DNA of 58,862 nt, filler included, from Sphacelaria rigidula (GCA_964200075.2; 6 parts of 6 records of this genome joined end to end with filler, not necessarily neighbours in it); one strand, 5' to 3'; positions 32,275 through 46,300 are shown, counted from the whole stretch's first letter. Numbers and translations are program-made. The notes: generated from the letters alone by a model not told the origin.

Positions 32275-33539
32275 GTAAGTCTTGAAGCCTTAGCCCCCAT
32301 TATCCATATTGTAGTAACATACCGTGCAGATCTATGTTTTCGTGTTTCCTGTGTGCACATGGGTACTCGTTTGGGACGCGCGACTTTTTTTGCAAAAAAC
32401 AGTAGATTCTGGCGGTGAGTTAGAATGTTTGACACTCTTCATGCGGAAAATCTGTCTTGGCCGTACCACTTTTTTTCCTAATGAGTGTTCTATTGAACCA
32501 CGACGAGGTACAAGACTGATGTTTCTGTCTTGAGTCTTTGGGCGTGTGTGCTCCGTCAGTCCGGTCTCAGTAGTATTGTTGTAGCAGTGTCATGCAGGGG
32601 TTGTGACGTGTGTCGGTCCGGAGTCAAAACGTTCGGGGATATGTGAGGTTTGGGTGGTGTTTCTTCAACTCTAGGTAGGTACGGGTGATGCTGTTACCGG
32701 CGGAGCGGTTGACAAGAGAGGATGTGTCGTGATACGGGCACTGATGTTACCAGACGTTGGGTAAGTGCCGCAGTGCGCCACGAGAATGTCCAAAACCTCA
32801 GATTTTTGTATACTAGGGCCCAGAACAGCACGGTCGGGGCACTAGTGAACGAAGGGCAGACATCTTCCATCAGTTATGTACATACAATGTGCACCGCATT
32901 CCAGATATCGGAGGTCACCGGCACGTCAGTTGATCCATGTGTCGAAAAATTTTTGACCTCTCCTGCTTACTCGAGGTACACGACGAGTTGTGTTGAACTC
33001 CTCTCGTCTACTGTAAGTGCCCTGCGGTGGTTCTCCCGGGTTTCATTGGTCCACTGAACTATGATGTCCTGTTCTACTTCCGTGCTGTCTGTTCGTTTTA
33101 CAGACGGTAATTTTGACTTCGGCTGAGACTGTCTTCTGACGACATTCCTCGGGGATCATTCATGTGCGACAACTAATCAATCATCAAGTCGACTCCTCTA
33201 CACTATTGTCGGACTACACTACAGTACCGATTGTACTGTGACATTGCATTCAGAAGCAGTACAGACAACAGTAGCGGCGAGGTCACGAGCAGCGAGGTTG
33301 TCAAGAAAATCATGCCGAGATCCCGAAAGAATAAAAACTGTTCCGCTGCAGCGACTACCGCTGCACCAACCCCAATACAATAGTACAGTACTCGTAGGCC
33401 ATTCCATCTTACAAAGAAGTGGCGCTCATGATTTTCAGCTTCTCATGAGCGGGCCGTTACTACCTGTTGCAGTTGTACAAGCAGTTACTGTCAGTGGAAT
33501 ATGCCAGGCCGACACAGAGTTGTTTTTGGTACTGCCTTC

Positions 33540-33764
33540 CTAGGTGTTTGTCTCCCTGCTTGTCGCGGGAATGGTTCATCGGTCCCTTTCCCTCTTCGAC
33601 CCTAGGGTCAGACTCAGTGTTCTCACGACTTCATTGCGCTCTTCCGTTGGGCATGAATGATGTCACGAGAAATCTCAGATCGTGTGACTTCACCGAGATT
33701 TGAACCCACATTCTAACCGTCAGGAGGTTTGGAGGTTACCAACTAAACCACCTGGGCGACCGGG
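33540..33764 (-). mobile_element. tRNA-derived SINE (family B)
   Basis: Head GGTGGTTTAGTTGGTAACC...GGGTTCAAATCTC with A and B boxes. Same head at 42453-42533 and 43247-43322. The 3' boundary is approximate. Confidence 0.65.
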
Positions 33765-36700
33765 TTACGCGCCCAAGTACACCGAAATGTGTAAACAGGT
33801 GCCCGGAATAGATAGGATGACAACACACGACGCACACACCTGGATCGTCTCGGCTAATCTAATCTTACGAAAACAGCAGGATAATTGCTCCGCTGTATCT
33901 TCGGCTCACTAGAACTGTATTGGTAGGTCAAGGTACATGTACCCTAAACCGTAAAAATCGTGGAAATGTCGAGGTGCCCTGCTGCAGTTTGCCGGTTAAC
34001 TCCCCCTGCTCTTTTCATATTTTGACTTGATTTTTATACTGTAGTCTGTGAGGAACCTTGGAGCAGGGACCGTTGAATCACCTGCCTAGAGCCCGAGTAA
34101 CGGGTGCACTGGACCTACAACTTATCAAACTTCCCTGCACGCCACATCACACCCCACGATGCGGTATCGTGCCTGAATAGACGAACAACCAGGCACACGC
34201 ACGCAGCGCGCGCTGTATCACACCCCTCGCGACGATTGGCCATTTTGGCACCAAAATGTCGGAAACCAGAGAAAACAGCCATAGCACGTCGAGTACCAGT
34301 CTGTCCAGCGGCAAAATTAGCAGTAAAGGTAGGGTCAGCACGCACCAGCGTTTTCTCATCTCGAACAAGGCAAGCCAAGTCTATCCCTCCCCGTCGCTGC
34401 ACGGAGGTGGTTTTGGTTCTAAGACGCCAGCAGTTGCTTACCGGGTGTGTTCTCCACCCTCACTACGCGTTTCACATCAGCCTCCGCTGCGCACCAGGTG
34501 ACAGACAATTATGTTGTGACGTTGACAAGTTGGGTTTGCAACGGGAGAAATACAATCCAAAAATGAAGTCTCTCCTCTGGTATCGTCCAGTTTATCGTCA
34601 TCTCTTTTTTTGCATTGTTTACGCAGCTACTACCTGGGATATTCTTGGGTAATCCACAAGCCACTTGTACTGACTCGAGCATCGATGTTGTCCCTAACCA
34701 GATATATGAGTCGGACGGTTCCTCATGGATTATACTTTTTTCGACCCTCTCCCGCCGACACTTCGCTGTTGTTTCGTGCTCTTCGTACATGACTATAATG
34801 TTCGTCCATCTAAATGGCTTTCAGCATCTTCAACAAGCTTATCGATAACCAAGGGCACCTGGACATGCGAAATGTGACCACGATGATCTGGGTGAACAGG
34901 AAGAGACCGGATATCGTGGAAACGATCGTTGAGCTGCTCATAGAGGTATGTTTTGTACGCGGCAGCCGCACCACACAGACCGCCAGTACGTGTGGGCGTG
35001 TGTATCGTGTTGTACATGCGGCCACAATATCAAACAGGTATCCAACGTCTTACCCCTGGAGAGAGCAAGAAGTTCAGATTGACGTGACGTTGATGACACG
35101 GGTCCACAAGAGTCACGTACGAGGTGGATCGATAGTTTGCTGTGCGGCACGGTGGCATCTTACAGGCCTGGCCCGGTGGTGAGCTCGTGAAACCATGCAC
35201 GCGTCCGCTGCAACGAATCTAGTGTGGGGTGAATCGATGGCTGACGTCCTAAATCCACATTTTCCCTCGCATTTGTACTCGTAGTTCAAAGCTTCCGTGT
35301 TCCACATGTCGGAGGGCAAACCGTGTGGGAGTAGTGTGTGTGCACGGCGGGAAAGTAGTGTACTTGATCCAGATAGCACCTCGGAGCTCATCTCCAGTAG
35401 TTCTTTTTCGCAAATGGAGAAGAGATCCAAGGATACCCTATAGTACAATCTCGCCGCTCCTGAGTGCGGTCAGACTAGGAGTCGCTGTACTGTCGTTTCT
35501 GTAGTCCAAGTATATCCTATCGTCCAAAATCAGTCCTGGGGCAAAATAAAAGATTAAAATCGGAACAGAATCTGAGCTGTTTTCATCCCCTCGCGAACTG
35601 TTTCAACACCCAACCGCAGTTCCAGACACACGGGCTTCTTGATTGTGGTCTACATAACATCTGACCGAAGTCTTAGACCTTGCGGCGAGGACAGCGCGCG
35701 TACGACCGTACCTCTCGCGCTGAGCATATCTACAGGCTTCACCAAAATCACTTTCTACATGTTGTCACTATCCAGAGGATGTGCCAGCGCTGTTGTTGTC
35801 CTATGTCCGCCAGCACTGCACCCTTCAAAGGGTTCATGAGGCGGGAGTGAGTGTACCCCAGGGTTAATATATGCACTCACTCACTGCACATATAATCTGG
35901 GCTGTGAGACAGCGGTCGTCAGGGCGTATCGACGGTATCGCCGTATTCTCTCAGTTTAATTCGGTCGATGGCCGAAAGGGGCTTTTCTCCGGTGCACATA
36001 CTGCCTGTGTTGTTAACGACTGTTATAGTGCACCCAGTCTCAAGGGGGCGATCTCGGCCATGGTCAAGAAATTAACAAGTATAGTTTATGCTCAAAAGTG
36101 CAGTGACGTTTGTATGCAGGCCAAGTGCTCGTATTCTGGTACATTTTTTTTCATGGCGCAGGAGTGGAACAGCAAAGCTGGTGGTGATTCATTTCTTCCG
36201 TTTTTGTTCTGAATATCTCCAAGAGCGCAGTCATCTCACTGCACAGGAAACCTGACCCTTGCCTCATTGTCGAGTTGAAACAGGTGTAATATGTACGTTT
36301 TACCAGCCAGTACGTTCCGCCTCTTCCTACCGAAACACACGGCAAATCTGCAGAAACCCGAAGCCCCAACCCTATCCAGACCAAAAATTGTGGGGCAAAA
36401 GAAACTCAGAGGGTCCTGTAGACAAAGTTTGCAGTGACAGAGCTCGAATTTTCCGAGAATCATTCTGCCAGGAAGTAATACGAGCAAAATCGCGTCGTAA
36501 CACTCCTGTCGCTCTCCTTACAGGTTTAGCGTTAAGTAGCAAGAGGGTAGTGAAACAAAGCAGGGGACAAATCAAAGTCTCGTGAGGGAACGGTTGGTGA
36601 AATTACAGAAGTATTTTCTAGGAAAAAATACGTTACACAAAGTGTGTGGAAATGCCTGTTTCCCCTTCCCCCCGCTCCGTTTCCTTTTTGAGGGTTGGCG

Positions 36701-36889
36701 TCGGTCAGCATCGAAGCTGTAGAAAACGCCATTCACTGCGTAAGCTAGGCAACCAGGTTGCCGTTTCACGTTTGCCTTTTCTTTCGCGGTAACCATGATC
36801 ATGGTCAAGCTAGATCACGATGTGTGGGATAGGACAACCTCAACTCTGCGCGATGAGGATGGTTGTATCACCTAGTGTTAAAATGGTGC

Positions 36890-37148
36890 GGGACTCGTGA
36901 GGTGGTGTAACCTGTGGCGGTCTCTGGAAGTGGCGACACGAGAATATGAAGCAACTCATTCGAGGCTGTCATCCACTTGAAAAAAAATCAGTACGCTTCA
37001 GCCGAATAATTTTAGTAGGATTCAGTTTACCCTTCGTACACCTTGCCAAATACATCACGGCCCTTCGCGCTTGGTGATTGCGAGCCTGGTCCGGTGTGTT
37101 CCGTCCCGGTATTATAGGGATGCGAGGTCAGTGGTCTTCTGCACCACC
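36890..37148. repeat. Dispersed repeat family C copy
   Basis: Colinear with 17407-17678. Confidence 0.8.
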
Positions 37149-37334
37149 CTCCCCTCCCTGTTTAAACCCCTACTCGAAAAAAGAAACTACGAAAGCATCT
37201 TACACCGTCCTGATACTCGTGACGGGTATTTTGGTTTTCTAAACCGAGATGACGACGTCAGGAAACGGGGAAGACCCAAGGGAGCGTTCGGAGAGTATCA
37301 GTCACTCCGTGAAAAATCTATTCACCACTATTTT

Positions 37335-38630
37335 AAAAGTAGCGACTAGAAGCCAGCCTGGATAAACGTGGAGAGGGTACAAGATTCTGGGTTGAGACAG
37401 CAAAACCACACACGCACTAACAAACGCAATAGCATGTCCAACGAGGGAAGCAGGGGTGGAACCGTGTGCAGCGCCGGGGGGGCGTCCCACAAACACCGAG
37501 CGCAGGCAGTGCAGATACTCAGATTCGATGCAGCCCAGCTTGGCCGGGCGGTTCACATCATGCGAGGCACGGAAATCACGATGTTGCCCTGCACCGGGTT
37601 TTCTTTCCGCACGGGTAGGTCGTAACCGCACACGTTGCCAATGCCATGATGCCGGGAGATTTTGCCAGTGCCCATCATGAAGGGGGGCCGTGGTGACATC
37701 TTTCGAATTTAGGCAACATGCTCAAGAGGTGGCCGCTGCTCAGCGTGATGCGTCGGCGGCAACCCGCAGGTAAATGGCATGTCGGGAGTTGACACAAGCG
37801 GTCCCCCCAAATCTCTCAGCCTCCCTCACGTTGCCGTGAAGAATATGTTGGACCCCTTCCGCCAAAAGTCGCAGCGTGATGTATCGGCGGCAAATCGCAG
37901 GTTGACTGCATGTCGGGAGTTGACTCGAGCGGTCCTGGCGACAAGGCGAGGACACCTGAGGCTTCTGGGAGAGGGAGGGTTGCAATATGTTATTCTACAG
38001 GGCGACGTGAGGGAGGCCGGGAGGAGGCAGAAACGCTTCCTCCTCCCAGCCTCCCTCACATCGCCATGCAGTATAACGCGTTGCACCCCTCCTTCCTCCC
38101 AAACCCGCAAGTGGCCCAACCTATCGCCAGTAAAGCGCGCGTCAACTCCTGATATTCCGTCAACCTGCGACTTGCTGCTGAGGCATCACGATGAGCAGCA
38201 ATCTCCTGGACATGCCTGAAGTTGAAGATGCCACCACCGCCCTCCTTCATGATGGGGACGAGGTGATCTCTCGGCATCATGGCATTGACCGCGTGTGCGG
38301 TGACGACCTACCCGTCCGGAAAAAAAAAACGGTGCTGGTCTTCGACGCCCATTGGGTCGTTGGCCGTGCAGGGCAACATTGCGATTTCCGTGCCTCGCGT
38401 GATGTGAACCGCCCAGCCAAGCTGCGCTGCATCGAATCTGAATATCTTTCTGCATTGCCTGCGCTCGGCCTTTGCGGGACGCCGCCCCGGCGATGCACAC
38501 GGTCCCACTGCTGCTTCCCCCGTCGGACATGCCCCTGTGTTTTCTAGTACGTGTGTCGTTTTGCCGTCTCAACCCACAATCTGGTACCCTCTCCACATTC
38601 TCCCGGGCTGGCTTTCAGTCGCTACTTCTT
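37335..38630. mobile_element. ~1.3-kb foldback (long inverted repeat) element
   Basis: 37335-37760 is the reverse complement of ~38160-38630. The inner stem is centred on GGAGGAGG-CAGAAACGCTT-CCTCCTCC (~38019-38047). The left arm has a ~131-bp tandem duplication (37741/37872). Confidence 0.85.
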
Positions 38631-39011
38631 TTCAACTAGTGGCAGGTGGTTTCTTCGCAACACACACTGGCCTTATGGCGGGTATTCTGGGTTTCAACAC
38701 CAAAATAGCGATACTAGAAGAGAGAAAAACCCAGAGAACGTTCCGAGAGTATCAGTCGATCCTCAAAGAAGAAGCCGCCTCCGGCCAGTTGAAAAGAAGT
38801 AGCGACTCAAGGCAGCCATGGAGGAATGTAGAGGGGGTACCAGGTTGTGGCCATCCCGCCCGCCCGGCGAAGCTGCAGTGGATAGCACGAGGTGAGCCTT
38901 CAACTGGCGAACAGGGTGTTGAGTGTTGAGGCATTTTCGCGAGCACAAGAGGTCCTCTTCACTTGATGAGAGAGTCAGCCGTTGCACCCGGGGACATTTT
39001 TTTTATTTCCC

Positions 39012-39210
39012 TCACACTTTGAACCCCTCACCTTCCTCGGGATGAGTCCGTGGTCTCAAGGGATCAGCCCTTTTCTCCCCTGGTACGCGCCTTTCATTTT
39101 GGTCTCGCGGACTGGGTCAGCACTCCCGCACCGCGTGAACTCACATCACACAAACTTAGTAGACTACTTCGTTTAATCACGTTCTCACGCTTTCCACGGT
39201 GGAGATCATA
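39012..39210 (-). mobile_element. SINE family A body, cut by the contig end
   Basis: Matches 2003-2200 (CACTTTGAACCCCTC...GAGTCCGTGGTCTCAAG...TTTTGGTCTCGCGGA). Confidence 0.8.
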
Positions 39211-39310
39211 NNNNNNNNNNNNNNNNNNNNNNNNNNNNNNNNNNNNNNNNNNNNTTAATTAATTAANNNNNNNNNNNNNNNNNNNNNNNNNNNNNNNNNN
39301 NNNNNNNNNN
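39211..39310. other. Artificial contig linker
   Basis: N44-TTAATTAATTAA-N44. Confidence 0.99.
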
Positions 39311-40120
39311 CAGCCCAGACCCGTGGAATGGCGGAAACGTTGCGTGGATACTCCTTGGACCAGCGATCAACTGTCTTCTCTCCCTTTTGAGCAATCAGGC
39401 CGAAGAAATCGTGAATTTGGTGATCGGAGTTAGTAGTGATCATTTGTCCTAACGGTGGAAGGATTCTCGGAAGTCGTTTTGACCCCCAATTTCACCTGGA
39501 ATCGGGCAAAAAGAGTACCGTTGCAAGCAGTCTTTGCTGTCCAAATCCAACATACTGTGCTGTTGCCAGCGTATGACACTCAGACTCCAGAGATCATCGA
39601 AAATATGTCTTGCCTCCCAATCAAATCAGTTGGGCAGGACGGGAACGTTTCGACAGCCTCTCCAGAGGATTTCGATTATGACAGGACCCCTCTTTTAATA
39701 GAGGATTTCGAATGCTCAAGATAAGGTACGACCTTTATGAGGTCAAGACCTTGCGAAGGTATGACACCTTCGACACTGTGCACGGTTGCGAAGGTCAGCG
39801 TCATGTACCCTGCGGCGAGAGCAAAGTGTCCACGTGTGAGGTTTGAATCCGAACACCCTTTTTCTGAGCATTTCGCGTGTTATCCGGGTCGCGTCGTGAA
39901 AAACATGGAGGACACAGATGGACACAAGAATTTGACGAACATCGACGCGCAGCGTGAGTGCTGACTCAATCGGTGATAACAGCATGCCAGGTATGTCCAT
40001 CAAAAGAGATGGTTTGATGCCTTGAAGCAGCGGAATCGTCTCGTTGAAGTTCAGGCTGAACAATGGTTTGCTGTGATTGAGAGTCTTGGATACGACTGAT
40101 CGAAAGTGGGAAGCGGTCAA
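39311..40120 (-). pseudogene. Decayed coding relic, homologous to 8241-8965
   Basis: Long minus frame with scattered stops, ending WIWTAKTACNGTLFA...TVRTNDH..SPNSRFLRPDCSKGEK. Confidence 0.45.
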
Positions 40121-40879
40121 TGTGTTGTTGGTTGGATCAAGGATCGACCAGCGGATCTGCTCAACCGTGCTGTAGAACTGGTTCTATTTTGGGGGGCAGG
40201 TTCTGCTACACTGCTCGAGGGGACGGAAATGCCGGCCGCAGATTCTTGGTCGAAGGCTGTGTGAGACAGGAAATCGTCATCAGACCGTCAATCCAATCGC
40301 AAGCGCGTGAAATTGTCGTTTTCTTCTCAGCTGGGCTCTCTTCGAAGGTGAGATCCACCTAAGCTTCGCCGCTTCTCTTTGGCGTTGTAATTGGACGCGT
40401 TTTGGGTAAAATACCCTCACGGGATGAGTTGTTGACTTAATGCTGTCTCGAATCTTGCGACGTGCATGTCATGGGAAGATGAGCAGTCGAAGACATTTCA
40501 TCGATCTCGTTTGTAACTCGATGTGATGATGAAATGTCGGACTCTGCTCCCCAAGATAACCAAGACTGGAGAACTCATCTCCGAAGTAAAAAGGGTGTCA
40601 TCCACCGTCCCATTTGATGTTTACCTGATTCAGTATTACTACATCGTAGTGTCAACACTACCGTCTGTAGGCTACAGGACCGTCTGTTGTACATGCAGTG
40701 ATGGTTCCCGCATAGTGCAACGCGAGCCGAGAAAAAACACTTTATTGTTATGCTGGTCCGTCGGTTCCCAAATGAATATTATGTCTGCCTAGTTAATAGT
40801 TTGCATGTGCTGCACTCCGACATAAATCGGACAACAAATGAAGTCTCTGAGGGATGTTGTGTACCTTATTCCGTGAGGT

Positions 40880-41150
40880 ACAGCTCACCCGGCCAGATCT
40901 TGCACCGATGGCTTATACTCTTTGACTTACCTAACCAGAATATGCACCACTGACCTAGTTCTATACCTCACCCGGCCAGGATATGGATCACGGAGTGATG
41001 TTGTATAACGTTGACCATGATCTGCAACGTTGTATTATATGCTATGACACCCGACGAGGATATGCACCGCTGACTCATGTTCTGTAACTGACCCGGCCAG
41101 CATATGCACCAATGAGTTATGTTGCTATAACTCACCCGGCAGAATATACA
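40880..41150. repeat. Degenerate ~41-bp tandem repeat, ~7 copies
   Basis: A CTCACCCGGCCAG..TATGCACC-like core occurs at ~40884, 40926, 40966, 41048, 41088 and 41131. Confidence 0.8.
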
Positions 41151-41639
41151 CCAACGAGCACGATTTGAGGATACGTTCCAATCGCAGATGCACAGCACAC
41201 CTTCACCCTTTTGGGACCGGGTCTCCAGAACGACCGATGAGGCTGGTCAGGAATGGCGTGTCTGGTGCCTGCACGAAACAGTGGCGTGTTGCTGGAAATC
41301 CGCGCATGTACCCGCAGGGTTATGACGAAGACCGGAAGTTTCATCCACTCTATTTTTAGGTGCAGGGTGCGCATTGGGCGGTTTAAATCTGACGTAGCAA
41401 GCAGTACGGGTCGCGGTAAAGAGCTTCCAACAGGATGCGGCGACGGGCGGGCCGCCCGCCTCTTGTGGCTTTGGATTATACTTTTGTTCCCGTCACCTTG
41501 CCACACAATCCTCTGTGGTCGGGGTGAGCTGCCATTTTCCTTCTTTGTTGCATGCGGCAAATTCTCTTCGAACGGTATCAGCGTTGCGGCGCGAATGCAA
41601 ACAACAGTATAGTACAGTAAAGTACAGTACAGTACGCCT

Positions 41640-42175
41640 CTCTGACTGAAGCAGCAGCTGCCACTGCAAACTCCCTTGCACGTTCTGGGCAATTCTCAGC
41701 CACTGTAATCAACTGCCTACATACCGCTTCTTCATCCCCGTCCACTACATACATGTTAACTGCAAATTGCAAGCCATCTGCAGACGGATGAGCAGAATTC
41801 ATGACGGTAGCGACTTTTGTCTTTCCACGCCCCACCTCGGTTAAGGCCTCGTGAAAATGACCACATTGTAGCATGTATACTCCTTCTCCGTTTTTCCGGT
41901 CGACCCTGTGTTAGTGTAAATACTACATTTGAGTACAAAATTGTGACCCGACAAAACAACCGGAAAACTCGGGAACGCTGTACTGAGTGCAAGTAATGTC
42001 ATATAACCAAGTTCCGACCCCCCTGCACTTGGAAGCCTGGGAAGGCTTATCTCGGCCAGGGATAGGGCCCCCACACGGTATTCGCTGTGGCATCACATTC
42101 GCCAACAATCCCCGCGCTGGTCGTTCGGGTCTATTCGATAAATTTCGCCTCGCCGTGAATGGGCAGGTTGCTTGA
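41640..42175 (-). pseudogene. Spliced coding relic of an unrecognised family (homologous to 20376-20650 and 48680-48950)
   Basis: Peptides TRTTSAGIVGECDATANTVWGPYPWPR (flanked by in-frame stops) and FAVNMYVVDGDEEAVCRQLITVAENCPERAREFAVAAAASV. Acceptor-like CTAACACAG between them. Confidence 0.5.
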
Positions 42176-42452
42176 AGACTTATTTTTTATTCCCCCACTA
42201 ACGCAGGATCAACCCTGTGTTGGTGGAGGGTCGGTCCCAAAAGGGTTCAGACAACTTTCCGTACTTTCCATCTGGCTGAAACGTACTGCGTGCACGAGAA
42301 GAGAACTCTGCATTTCATCCTTGTAACGTACCTGCAAGAACATGCCCAGGATGGATCTGAACAGTACGAGTACCGTTTCGCGTCAGCAAACGCACCGCGT
42401 TTTTTACTAACGATCTCGGAATAGTATCTCGGATCTTCCGCTCTTGAATCGT

Positions 42453-42533
42453 GTGATTCCATCGAGATTCGAATCCACGACCCAGCCGTCAGAAAGTTTC
42501 AAGGTTACAAACCGAGCCGCCGGCGCGACCGGC
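42453..42533 (-). mobile_element. SINE family B tRNA-like head
   Basis: Similar to 33684-33764, with B-box-like GATTCGAATCTC. Confidence 0.6.
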
Positions 42534-43246
42534 CCTACAATAATATATCAATCAATTAATCAGCAAATCTGATGATAAATATACATACAATAATATCTGT
42601 TGACCGGGTTCAAACGTCACTTGGGCATCTTTGAACTGGACGGCAATAGTGAAGGTATCACGTGTTCACCATAGAAGTGGTCCCAGTCGAGGAACATCGG
42701 CACGTAAACGAACACGCTTCGATATACGTGAAAGGCCGATCATGTTTGAAATCGATCGAGTCTTCTTGTCACATGCGTGGCAACAGCGTGCAAAGTTTAC
42801 AAGCTTCGAAGGTGTGCGAGTGTGTTCAGTCTTACCCCACGGGGCGTGTATGATGACGACGCAAACAAAAAAGTCGGATTTCTTCATCGCACTGAAAGAA
42901 CCGCAGAGCCACATTTCGGTGTAAGATGGGGAGTTGCAAGACACGCATGGACACTTTGGTGATATATATATATATATATTGCTGTAGTGATGGACGTAGA
43001 AATACAAGCATGTCAATGGGTAGCCAGTCACGGAGTGTGCGAGCTGCGACGCTCATAGCCTGTCGAGGAGAGGAAGGTTTCACGGTAACCGTCCGACCGG
43101 AAACCTATTTTCGGGGCGGATAATTACATATCTTGCAGGCCATTGTTGGTCGACCTTCACGGCTAGGTCAAATTGGAAACATTTCCATCACGACCTCTAG
43201 AGCAGTTACTATTGTTCGAAATCTTGTAGACAACATATCGCGCCGG

Positions 43247-43322
43247 GCACAGGTCATCCCGGTGGCTAAGTTGGTAACCTCGAAACCTTCTGATGGTTGG
43301 GTCGTGGGTTCGAATCTCAGAG
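43247..43322 (+). mobile_element. SINE family B tRNA-like head
   Basis: A box TGGCTAAGTTGG and B box GGTTCGAATCT. No complete acceptor stem. Confidence 0.65.
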
Positions 43323-46300
43323 CAATCTGGAATAGTTTCTCACACAATGCCCAACAGTGGAGAGCGACCATGTCGTGGGTACACAAAAAAAAGACGACGA
43401 TCGATGAGGGAAAGGGACTGCTGAACCCCTCTCGCGATAAAAAAAAGATGGGCAAGCACCGCAAAAGGAAGGTAGAGAACGATTACAAATTAAAAAACAA
43501 AACCCCAGTATTGGCCTTCCTCCTGTGCCACCCCGGCGGGTGCGCCCACATATTCCGAAAGGTGTAGACCGGCGTCCAGAACAGATGGGATGGCAACATA
43601 TCGCGCCCAAGCCGCGGTTGTGATGGCCTCTCTTTCTGCTGTCTGGGAGCTCAAGCTACATATGAGGCATCTAATGGATGCCAGATGCCCCGTGGGTGTT
43701 GTGTATCCCTATATACGTCCCCTTGTTCGCCTGGCTCGTGTTCCGGACAAGATGCAGGGTCGATGGAACAATAGCTGCAAAGCAATATTTGATTATCAAC
43801 AGCGACATCCGAGATAGCGTAGACCGTAGATTCACCTCCCTGCTCCAGCATTAACAGAGCAATGACATGTTACCGGTGGTGGTCGTCTCAAGGGCGGTCC
43901 GAAGCTGATTTGGCCTTAACCATGAATAAAGATGATCGCTCACGTGTTCATTGTCCAACTTTCAGGTTTCGCAAAAGCTTGGGGTCCAAAACACCGGTTG
44001 GATCGATACGTCCAAGTAAGAGCGCACTGTAATGTTAGCTATGCTAATCTGAGCCCGAAAAGAGTCCGGGCTGTTCGACGACACCATACCGACCAGATAC
44101 AAGTAATCTATTCTTCCAATTTCTGCTGGGATGCTCCGCCCGGGTACGCTTGGTTTTAGAGTCCAACCCCCTCACGGGTGGGTCGCGCGGCCAGACGACG
44201 CCCTCCCAGCTCACGCACGACCTACTCCTCACCATCCACACACACCCTATAGCACTGGCCGTGTCCTGGTGCTTTGAACCCGTACCCTCCAAACCTGAAA
44301 CAATATATACATTCCGGGTTGATGTGCTGCCCGCGTGATCTTCCCGGAGAATGACCAGCGCTGTATGATGCATTCGAGTCTGAAGCACCCAACGCATCAA
44401 TTAGTACTCAAATCGCGCACGTAGCCGTCGAGAACGTGCCGGAAAAGGTCGAACCCTCGACGGAGTGTCCTTGCCAAGGCCCCGTCCTCAATAATTGCAA
44501 ATGGAAAATAACCACGGGCAAGAGGCTGTGGGAAAAACGTCGAACGAGAGGTGTGAGTAGGAGTACCCTTGTTTCGGTGCGTGCGTGTGTCCATGTGTAA
44601 TGCACGCCCGCATTTCATGTTGGGAACAGCGCCTCCATCTGTGTCTCTAGCTGCACGGGCAACCCCAAGGTGAAGAGCATGGCTTGTAGTGAAACAACAG
44701 CATCGTGGTGACTGAATTATGCTCTTCTCGTGGTCTGTTGTGTTCACTATATCGGTACCGCCATGTGCGCCGTACCGTCTCTACAACCTCCGTCCGTTGC
44801 AACTTGAGTGTCTACCTCGGGGATACACGGAATAGTGTCACCTACCCCAGAATCGGTCCTATTTTGCGTCAGAATACTTTTCACTTGAGATAAAAAGCGA
44901 AAAACCCAGATGATCAACCCTCACGGTTGAAGGGATTCACTTTAGAACAGGTGCAGGAAAAGGTCTCTCTCCGGAGATTTTGACTCGAAAAATGAATATA
45001 CGGCGCAGATGGCTACCCTGGCGATCAAGAGTCACTTTTTCTACAGCTGGCGGGTGGAAGGGGTGGCGCTTTCAAACTGAGCAATCCGATACTTGGTGAT
45101 ACCCGTAGACGAACGGAAGGAACGCAGGGGGGGGGGGGGCAAGAGAAGACAACGCTATGGCGTACTGCACTGTGCCGTGCGGTGGACGTCGCGGTTTTGT
45201 CGATCTATACAGACGACAGCCATTCTCAGGGTACCGGTCATTTGTGGAGCATGGACGTAATTTTTCAAAAAAGAATTTGGGACGGAGATGGCGGTCCAAA
45301 GAGTTCATTTTGCAACTAACTGACAGCAGGAAGAGGTGACACCCTCGAAGGGTTTGGTGTCATCTGATCCTTGGTAATACCCATAGACAAGGAGAACGAA
45401 TGCAGCGGAGGGAAGAGAGAAGGCAAGACCGTACTGTACTATGCAGCATTGTACGGCACTACTGAGCATTCTAGATCGGCGTTGTCCCGCCTTTGGCAGT
45501 CACCCCCAGGGTGGGTAAATTGTGTTGCATAGGCACATTTTTTACATGAAAATGAAGGACGACCACACCGTTCGGGCGATGCAGTGCGACAGGGAGGTAT
45601 ACGTGTCATGGGTGCAAAAGGCCTTCTGCGCTTCTTTTCCAACCGATCGGAAGGGTCACTCCCATTAGATTGGCTTGCGGAATTTTGGAAAAATATGCTA
45701 GGCCGAATGAGGATAGCTAACTGTCTCTTTAGTACGGTACATGTATTCATGTCTATGCCTACCGTCCTGTCTAGATCTTTGGGGGACCGACCCACTTTCT
45801 CTTATCATCCCGCCACGTGCACTGCTGCTGATGCCAATAGGTAGACCAGCGCTATCATACTAGCCTACTCATGCTCACCACAACAACTCTGACAATCACT
45901 ATGGAATGTGGGTGGCGGACGGGTGACAGAGATGGAGGCATTGACGAGGTCCTAACGCCCGAGTAATGACTTGCAAGTGTAGCTTTGCTTGCCCGTCGGT
46001 CGCTGTTTATTTCTCCTCGTATCGCTGACTTGGCAACAGACACGCAACTGGAGGCGTGTCATAATCGTGCGATAACGACTTCGTGCTTGGGATACTGCAC
46101 TGTAGACAGCTGTTGGCGTACTTCGTCAGGCGTACGGATGCGTGTAGGGTGATGACTGGATGCCCGATGATTCAACACAGTCCACGCCAGCAGGTCCAAA
46201 ACGTGATGGACTGTGAAGTTGACTTCGACCTCCTGCATGCGATGCACGTGTACTGTCTGTGGTGACGCGAGATCTTCCGCCATGATAAACCCTCCGCTCA

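Noticed and set aside
43247..43322. Functional tRNA gene
   Set aside because: A and B boxes are present, but the acceptor stem does not pair and diverged copies occur elsewhere, so it is treated as a SINE head.
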